DNA of 64,000 nt from Eledone cirrhosa. Taxonomy: Eukaryota. A program made the position numbers and the translations under genes. Each line of letters starts with the position of its first letter. The stretch's first letter is position 1. The stretch is taken from contig OZ024757.1 in NCBI GenBank assembly GCA_964016885.1, positions 22,010,001 through 22,074,000 of the forward strand, written 5' to 3'. Under the pieces are notes generated by a model. The model saw nothing but the letters and a program-made list of their open reading frames with translations, did no database searches and was not told the origin of the DNA. Shown in pieces: positions 55,767 to 64,000 of the stretch.

Positions 55767-55937
55767 CTATATATTTATTAAAATAACAGATTAAAGTTTA
55801 AGCAAAGAATCGCTGCTTTCGCCCTTAATAGGATCTTCTGAAACTAACAAAGTCAATCTGTGAACGCAGAAGTGAATATTTCAAAAAACGTTGCAACCAG
55901 AGGAAGACAGGAAGACGATACTTTGGTTCGTGGAAAC

Positions 55938-56306
55938 GTTCCCTGGCAAAGAACGGGAAAAATATGAATATAATACGTCATTATTTGGAGCGGTGAAAAA
56001 CAATTACACGCAAAGACAAAACCACGTTTATGGTATAAAAGAAGTCGTAGGCTAATGTTCTCTTAGGTGGTTCATAGAGACGTTCTCTGGCAATGAACGG
56101 AAAAAACGAAGATAATACGTTATATGTGGAGCATGGAGAACAATTACACGCAAAGACAAAACCACATTTATGGTATACAAGAAGTCGTAGACTAATGTTC
56201 TCTGAGGTGGTTCATAGAGACGTTCTCTGGCAATGAACGGAAAAAACGAAGATAATACATCATATGTGGAGCGTGGAGAACAATTGCACGCAAAGACAAA
56301 ACCATA
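55938..56306. repeat. Tandem repeat of ~140 bp, about 2.6 copies
   Basis: gttc.ctggcaa.gaacgg unit at 55938, 56082 and 56222. Confidence 0.85.
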
Positions 56307-56713
56307 TTTAATTAGTTAGAAAGAAACTAATGTTTACTTTCTAATTAAATAGCTCTGTTCTATACATAGAGCACTCTTTTTTCCTTTGCTTTTTCTTCGG
56401 AATTACTTAACATACACACACACACATTATATATATATATATATATATATATAAGTGACATAGAGAGAGAGAGAGGGTGAAAAAAGGAAAGATGGTTGTG
56501 GTATTTCTGACCATTAAGATGAGAGAGAGAGAGAGAGAGAGAGTGAAAGTGATGAGAGAGAGAGAAAGAGAGAAGGGGGGAGGTGTAATTTCAACCATTA
56601 AGATGGTTGACATGAAGTGTATCTATTGACATCTTCCAATGTGAGGGGCCATGCCATGCCACGCCACGCCACATCACATCACATCACATCACACCACACC
56701 ACAACACAACACT

Positions 56714-56784
<71 letters not shown>

Positions 56785-56856
56785 AGACAGCCTCCAAAAG
56801 TAATGGTTGTATTTTAAAGGGTACGTCAAAGCTATTTATAAAACTGTTATATATTG

Positions 56857-56921
56857 TATTTTGTCTGATGAAGGCATACCATAATTTAATATGGTATCCC
56901 TGAAATATGTATAATGAAATA
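56857..56921 (+). ncRNA. Minimal hammerhead (family H1)
   Basis: tattttgt-CTGATGA-aggcataccat aatttaat atggtatccct-GAAA-tatgta-TA-atgaaata. Confidence 0.75.
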
Positions 56922-56973
56922 AATATGGTTTTATAAATATAGTTTCCATTTATTAATATCGTATATATATATA

Positions 56974-57135
56974 TAGAAGTAGTTCCATAACAGTTAGTTC
57001 ACCATACCGAGAACAATTGTTTCACCTTAGTCGGATCCTCAGCTCAGTCTAAAAATCTAGACTGAGCTGATGATCCGACTTAGGTGAAACAATTGTTATC
57101 GGTATGGTGAACTAACTGTTGTGGAACTACTTCTA
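56974..57135. mobile_element. Palindromic Penelope-like terminus with two hammerheads (57006-57048 minus, 57061-57103 plus; family H6)
   Basis: 78-bp arms around the 6-nt loop aaaatc; actgag-CTGANGA-...-GAAA-caattg-TT-(c/a)tcggt. Confidence 0.8.
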
Positions 57136-57254
57136 CCGAACTCGTCCCATGGACTGAGTGCTCTACTACTATGAATATAACCCATCAGTGTTCTACTATA
57201 TATCATCATCATCATCATCATCACCGTTTTATATCCGTTCTTCCACGTTAGCAT

Positions 57255-57290
<36 letters not shown>

Positions 57291-57807
57291 TTACACAAAC
57301 AGAAAAAGAGGGTAACAAAAAACAAACACAAAGAATTCACAAAAGGCAATACAACAATAACAATACAACACAACAACAACACAACAATAACACACAACAA
57401 CAACAACACAATAGCTACAATAACAGCAATAACAACAAAATGAATAGACAAGAAGAGAATGAGGAAAAACCTACAATAACAGAACAGACACAACAAAAAC
57501 AAGAAGAGATGTTAAACACAGACTTCACATCCCTCCCCTCACCACCCATCAAAGACCCCCCCCCCTCCGCCTTCACAACTCCAAACAAGAAAACACAGAC
57601 AGATTCCCGACTCCTTTGTTATCAAATCTTCAATAGTAAATCATTGTCTGTCATATATATATACACACACACTGTCTCATCTATTGTTGATATATCTAGA
57701 TTATTTGAGGAGCAACAGTAGTACAATATCAACAGTAGTACAATATCAACAGTAATAACACCAGCTTACTAGTACACAATACTTAAGTAAAGTAGTGTGT
57801 GTGTATA

Positions 57808-58204
57808 ACATCATCATCATCATCATTTCATTTTACGTCCGCTTTTTCCCTGCTTGCAAGGGTGGGACGGGAACTGATTCTGTCTTGATTTCTACAGCTG
57901 GATGCCCTTCCTAACATCAACCTCATTTACAGTGAGTGCTGGGTGCTTTTTTTTCCGTGGCGCCTACACGTCCACTTTACAGTGTGGGTTGGGTGCTTTT
58001 TTGCCGTGGTACCTCCACGACCACTTTGCAGTGGAATGATAGGGACCCCAGTCCCTATCATTTCATTTCTACAGCTGAGTAAACTGGAGCAATGTGAAAT
58101 AAAGTGTCTTGCTCAAGGAAACAACACATCACCCGGTCTGAGAATTGAACTCACAACATTTCGATTGCAAGGCCAATGCTCTATCCACTAAGCTATGTGC
58201 CTCC
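57808..58204 (-). mobile_element. SINE family A, two-module variant
   Basis: Consensus match with duplicated internal module. Confidence 0.92.
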
Positions 58205-58355
<151 letters not shown>

Positions 58356-58865
58356 AAAGTATGCGTTCCTAAATGTAATTAATACACACAGGGACACAAG
58401 TATAGTCCGACTATACACCAGTGTGGTTCAATGGCAAGTTAATAAATTAATATCCCAGAACATATAAAATCAAGGGAGTGTAAACACAGAAAATATTAAA
58501 AAAAATAATAAATAATTAAATTCCCAAAAATTCACTGTACTTACTATATGCGCCCTTACCGCGGTTTAAGATCCCAAACAAATAGATAATGCGAGCAGAT
58601 TTCCATTGAGAAAGAGATCATCGTCAGAAGGCTTTTCTCTCTCGGGGAATATAAAATTCCCGAGTTAAAATTACAAACTGGCGCCACACCAAGCTGCCCC
58701 AGAATGAGAATGAATGAATGATGAAACAGTTTTGGTATAGTACCATGTGCAAAGGCAAAAAGTACGGTGGACAGATCAATCTAATGCTACTAAAAATAGC
58801 AGCTATTCGAACGACCAAAGATTTCTCTACCATTGGGGAGAATATATGTAAGTGTATATATATAT

Positions 58866-59477
58866 ATAAGTATGTATACGTACATACATATATGTATACA
58901 GACGTACAGTAGTATGTATATATATATACATACATGCACACATATATGTACGTATGGATTCACCGAACATTTATTATAATGCTCGGTGTGTTTGTAAAGA
59001 AACATCCCGTATTAAGCCGTAGTGTCTAGCAACCATCGTTGCTCGTTTGTTCAACACTGACAAAGGAACGCTGTACTAGTTTCAAGCTTATTAGCTCTCG
59101 TCAGCAACGTATACCTTCCTGCCAGATGGTTGAACGTCTGAAAGTATATACTTTCCTTATGCACATTAACGGCTGAGCAGCCTAATTTGCATATCGAGTG
59201 AGTTAATCGGCCGGGGTACCGAAAACGATAAACAGAAAAAATGAAACGAAATTTCATTTCCCACTCTTAGTACAGCTGTTACTTAAATATAAGTATGTAT
59301 ACGTACACACATATATGTATACAGACGTACAGTAGTATGTATATATATATACATACATGCACACATATATATATGTATGTATGGATTCACCAAACATTTA
59401 TTATAATGCTCGGTGTGTTTGTAAACAAACATCCCGTATTAAGCCGTAGTGTCTAGCAACCATCGTTGCTCGTTTGT
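58866..59477. repeat. Local ~185-bp direct duplication (58866-59050 and 59288-59477)
   Basis: Near-identical tataagtatgtatacgtaca...catcgttgctcgtttgt. Confidence 0.85.
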
Positions 59478-59626
59478 ACACAGTGGGAAATGAAATTTCG
59501 TTTCACAAAAAACATTAAAAAAAAAACAGAGTATGTAACAAAAAAAGAACAATGAGAAATTCCCCAATAGGGGGGAGACTTCCGAGGGCCATCGTGGAGA
59601 AAGCCCATTAAAAAAAAGCCACATGA

Positions 59627-60089
59627 TCTATATATCTAAAACAGAGAATGTCTGTCTGTCTATCTGTCTGACTCCCTAAAACTCGAGAACCACCCAACCG
59701 ATTGTTTTCAAACTTTACACATGTAATACTTGTGGTCCTGTGAGTGTTTTGAGTAAACAATATTTCAAATTTTCAATGTCCTAGGGACTACATCAGGCGA
59801 TTTAGCGATATCTCTCTATAATTCTTAGTCTTTCTTTTTAGATAGATACATAGATATAACGTTGCGCCCTTATAATATCTGTCTGTATGTCTGCATTACG
59901 ACATTATGACGTAGTTCTGTGTGAGTGTGTGTGTGTGTGTGTATATATGTATGTATAGTGTGTGTATATAATTAGTGTGTAACGTTTTTCGAAATATTTA
60001 CTTCTGCGTTCACAGATTGATTTTTTTAGTTTCAGAAGATCCCGTTAAGGGTGAAAGCAGCAATTCTTTGCTTAAACTTCAATCTGTTA

Positions 60090-60145
<56 letters not shown>

Positions 60146-60400
60146 TATATTCGTGTACAGATATTTTTGCATACACAATAACAAAATATAAACAAAAGTA
60201 TTTATTTCGCGATAAAGTATTGATTTTCTTTGCACGGAAAAAACCCTGGTAATCTATGACAAATTTTTTTTATGAGCACAAAATGTAGAAAACATCCCGA
60301 GGCCGAGGTATCCCGTACTTCTCTGTACTGTTTCAGAAAGGAGGGATACACATGCCAATCTAAGTTTAGAATCCCGAGCAACGCCGGGATGTTCTGCTAG
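59627..60400 (+). mobile_element. Non-autonomous Helitron
   Basis: A|TCTATATATCTAAAA 5' end with (TCTG)n, 3' hairpin atcccg-agcaacgc-cgggat (60371-60390), CTAG|T end, no TSD. Confidence 0.85.
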
Positions 60401-60413
60401 TAATAATAATAAT

Positions 60414-60598
60414 AATTCTTTCTACTTTTGGCACAAGGCCAGCAATTACCCAGTACATTACTGGTACTTTATTTTATCGACCCCATAAGGATGAAAGGCA
60501 AAGTTAAACTCGGCGGGATTTGAACTCAGAATGGCAAGGGCCGTAACTCTGTGCGTCAAAGCATGGCGTCCGACCCTCTACCGATACTGCCAATCCAC
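60414..60598 (-). mobile_element. SINE family B
   Basis: Consensus match. Confidence 0.9.
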
Positions 60599-60940
60599 AT
60601 AATGATAATAATAATGATAATAATAATGATTTATTTTATAATTAACCACAAAGTATTCATATTAAGAAAAACAATAATAATTATAATAAATAAATAAATC
60701 GTTATTATGGTTTCAAATTAAAACATAATAATGATGATGATAATAATGATGATGATGATGATAAACAATTATCAGCAACACGAACAACAACAATAAATAA
60801 AGTAGGGATACATGAAAATATATTTATTTTGTTGTTCTTTATTGTATTATCTCCATTTGGTAAATTAAATAAAAGAAAACAAAAAATGTGATTTCTACAG
60901 AAAATTAGTGTTGAAACTTGTGAAATATGTGTGTAGAATA

Positions 60941-62524
60941 ATAACTGACATAATAGGGGTGTATATGGAAGTATAGAGGATGATGTTTATAACTGACATA
61001 ATAGGGGTGTATATGGAAGTATAGAGGATGGTGTTTATAACTGACATAATAGGGGTGTATATGGAAGTATAGAGGAGGGTGTTTATAACTGACATAATAG
61101 GGGTGTATATGGAAGTATAGAGGATGGTGTTTATAACTGACATAATAGGGGTGTATATGGAAGTATAGAGGATGGTGTTTATAACTGACATAATAGAGGT
61201 GTATATGGAAGTATAGAGGATGGTGTTTATAACTGACATAATAGGGGTGTATATGGAAGTATAGAGGAGGGTGTTTATAACTGACATAATAGGGGTGTAT
61301 AAGGAAGTACAGAGGAGGGTGTTTATAACTGACATAATAGGGGTGTATATGGAAGTATAGAGGATGGTGTTTATAACTGACATAATAGGGGTGTATATGG
61401 AAGTATAGAGGAGAGTGTTTATAACTGACATAATAGGGGTGTATAAGGAAGTATAGAGGATGGTGTTTATAACTGACATAATAGGGGTGTATATGGAAGT
61501 ATAGAGGATGGTGTTTATAACTGACATAATAGGGGTGTATATGGAAGTATAGAGGATGGTGTTTATAACTGACATAATAGGGGTGTATATGGAAGTATAG
61601 AGGATGGTGTTTATAACTGACATAATAGGGGTGTATATGGAAGTATAGAGGATGGTGTTTATAACTGACATAATAGGGGTGTATATGGAAGTATAGAGGA
61701 TGGTGTTTATAACTGACATAATAGGGGTGTATATGGAAGTATAGAGGATGGTGTTTATAACTGACATAATAGGGGTGTATATGGAAGTATAGAGGATGGT
61801 GTTTATAACTGACATAATAGGGGTGTATAAGGAAGTATAGAGGATGGTGTTTATAACTGACATAATAGGGGTGTATATGGAAGTATAGAGGATGGTGTTT
61901 ATAACTGACATAATAGGGGTGTATATGGAAGTATAGAGGATGGTGTTTATAACTGACATAATAGGGGTGTATATGGAAGTATAGAGGAGGGTGTTTATAA
62001 CTGACATAATAGGGGTGTATATGGAAGTATAGAGGATGGTGTTTATAACTGACATAATAGGGGTGTATATGGGAGTATAGAGGAGGGTGTTTATAACTGA
62101 CATAATAGGGGTGTATATGGAAGTATAGAGGAGGGTGTTTATAACTGACATAATAGGGGTGTATATGGAAGTATAGAGGAGGGTGTTTATAACTGACATA
62201 ATAGGGGTGTATATGGAAGTATAGAGGAGGGTGTTTATAACTGACATAATAGGGGTGTATATGGAAGTATAGAGGAGGGTGTTTATAACTGACATAATAG
62301 GGGTGTATATGGAAGTATAGAGGAGGGTGTTTATAACTGACATAATAGGGGTGTATATGGGAGTATAGAGGAGGGTGTTTATAACTGACATAATAGGGGT
62401 GTATATGGGAGTATAGAGGATGGTGTTTATAACTGACATAATAGGGGTGTATATGGGAGTATAGAGGATGGTGTTTATAACTGACATAATAGGGGTGTAT
62501 AAGGAAGTATAGAGGATGGTGTTT
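60941..62524. repeat. 48-bp minisatellite, 33 copies
   Basis: Unit ataactgacataataggggtgtatatggaagtatagaggatggtgttt; 1584 bp = 33 x 48, no net indels. Confidence 0.95.
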
Positions 62525-62644
62525 ATAAGGCTCTCTGAATTAGGTACAAGGCCAGCAATTTTGGAGGAGAGCAAAGTCAGTTAAATCGGCCTTCAGTGCA
62601 TCACTGGTATTTCATTTTATAAACCACATAAGGATAAAAGGCAC

Positions 62645-63392
62645 CATCACGACCACTACCACCACAACCATCCATCCACCACCATCCACCACCACTGCCA
62701 CCGCCACAACCATTCATCCACCACCCCCACCGCCACAGCCATCCATCCACCACCACCACCACCACCACAACCATCCATCCACCACGATCCATCCACCACA
62801 ACCATCCACCGCCACCACCACCACCACCCATCCATCCACCACCGCCACAACCATCCACCACCACCGCCACAACCATCCCCCACCACTACCACCACCATCA
62901 TCCACCACCACCACCATCATCCACCACCACCACCCACCACCACCACCATCATCCACCACCCATCACCACCACCACTACTACCACCACAACCATCCACCAC
63001 CACCACCACCATCCACCACCACTACTACCACCACAACCATCCACCACCACCACCACTACCACCACCACCATCCACCAGCACCACCACCACCACCATCCAC
63101 CACCACTACTACCACCACAACCATCCATCCACCACCACCACCACAAGCACCACCATCTACCACCACCACCACCACCACCACCACCACGACCATCCATCCA
63201 CCACCACCACCACCACAACCATCCACCACCACCACCACCCACCAACACAACTATCCACCCACCACCACCACATCCTCCTCCACCACCCACCACCATCCAT
63301 CACCACCACCACCACCACCACCACCACCACCACCACCACCATCCACCACCAGCACCACCACCACCATCCACCACCAGCACCACCACCACCAC
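62645..63392. repeat. (CCA/CCAT)n array
   Basis: Direct reading. Confidence 0.9.
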
Positions 63393-63589
63393 ACCTTCTC
63401 CTCCAGAAGTCAAAATATCATCAATAATTCTAGAGAAATTGTCAAGAATTCAATTGAATTCAGTTTTGGATGTAGAAACATATTAAATTAAATTACATTA
63501 CTTTGACTTCTGTCTTTTTAGTTGTGAAGAATTGCAGGGAACTGGGACAGAAGGGAACATTTAGGTAAGGTTCGGGGTGCAGGCAGTGT

Positions 63590-64000
63590 GGGGGGGGGGC
63601 TGTAGGGAGAGTGTGGGAGTGTGTAGGGTGTGTGTGGGGGTGTAGGGAGTGTGTGGGGGTGCAGGGAGCGTGTGGGGGTGTAGGGAATTAGTGGGGGTGC
63701 AGGGAGTGTGTGGGGGTGTAGGGAGAATGTGGGTGTGTAGGGTATGTGTGGGGGTGCAGGGAGTGTGTGGGATGCAGGGAGTGTGTGGGGGTGTAGGGAA
63801 TTAGTGGGGGTGCAGGGAGTGGGTGGGGGTGTAGGGAGTGTGTGGCGGTGTAGGGAGTGTTGGTGGTGTAAGGAGTGTGTGGGTGTGTCAAGAGTGTGTG
63901 TGGGTGGGTGTAGGAGTGTGTGATGTGCAGGGGTGCAGGGAGTGTGTGTGGGTGTGTAGGGAGTGTGTGGCGGTGTAGGGAGTGTTGGTGGTGTAAGGAG
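63590..64000. repeat. G-rich ~20-bp minisatellite (gtgtagggagtgtgtggggg)
   Basis: Direct reading. Confidence 0.85.

Noticed and set aside
60941-62524. CRISPR-like array or 559-aa repeat protein
   Set aside because: No unique spacers and no cas genes; a plain tandem repeat whose ORF follows from the unit length
63390-63424. Minus-strand micro-exon IIDDILTSGGE resembling a phosphoribosyltransferase PRPP loop
   Set aside because: Only 35 nt, weak donor (gtgtgg) and no neighbouring exons of such a protein; could be chance

Overview
AT-rich eukaryotic DNA that is intronic or intergenic and dominated by microsatellites and interspersed repeats. The repeat content suggests a coleoid cephalopod (octopus-like) genome; this is an inference. 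No complete host gene is visible, only a few small candidate exons on the minus strand, and nearly all ORFs in the supplied track are microsatellite translation artefacts. Recognisable elements: (1) two tRNA-derived SINE families, A with a (GAT)n tail and B with an (ATT)n tail, each in many copies; (2) a young 5'-truncated RTE LINE with a PHD-like finger, whose last 37 nt are identical to the SINE A tail; (3) decayed RTE, R4/Dong-like, Tx1/L1-like and Penelope GIY-YIG fragments; (4) Mariner- and piggyBac-type MITEs, two non-autonomous Helitrons, a probable solo LTR and a 33 x 48 bp minisatellite. The most striking signal is about 14 minimal type I hammerhead ribozyme motifs from several distinct sequence families. 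Several lie in 160-330 bp near-perfect palindromes that carry one hammerhead on each strand and sit in (TA)n tracts, consistent with Penelope-like element termini. All coordinates were read by eye and may be off by a few bases.
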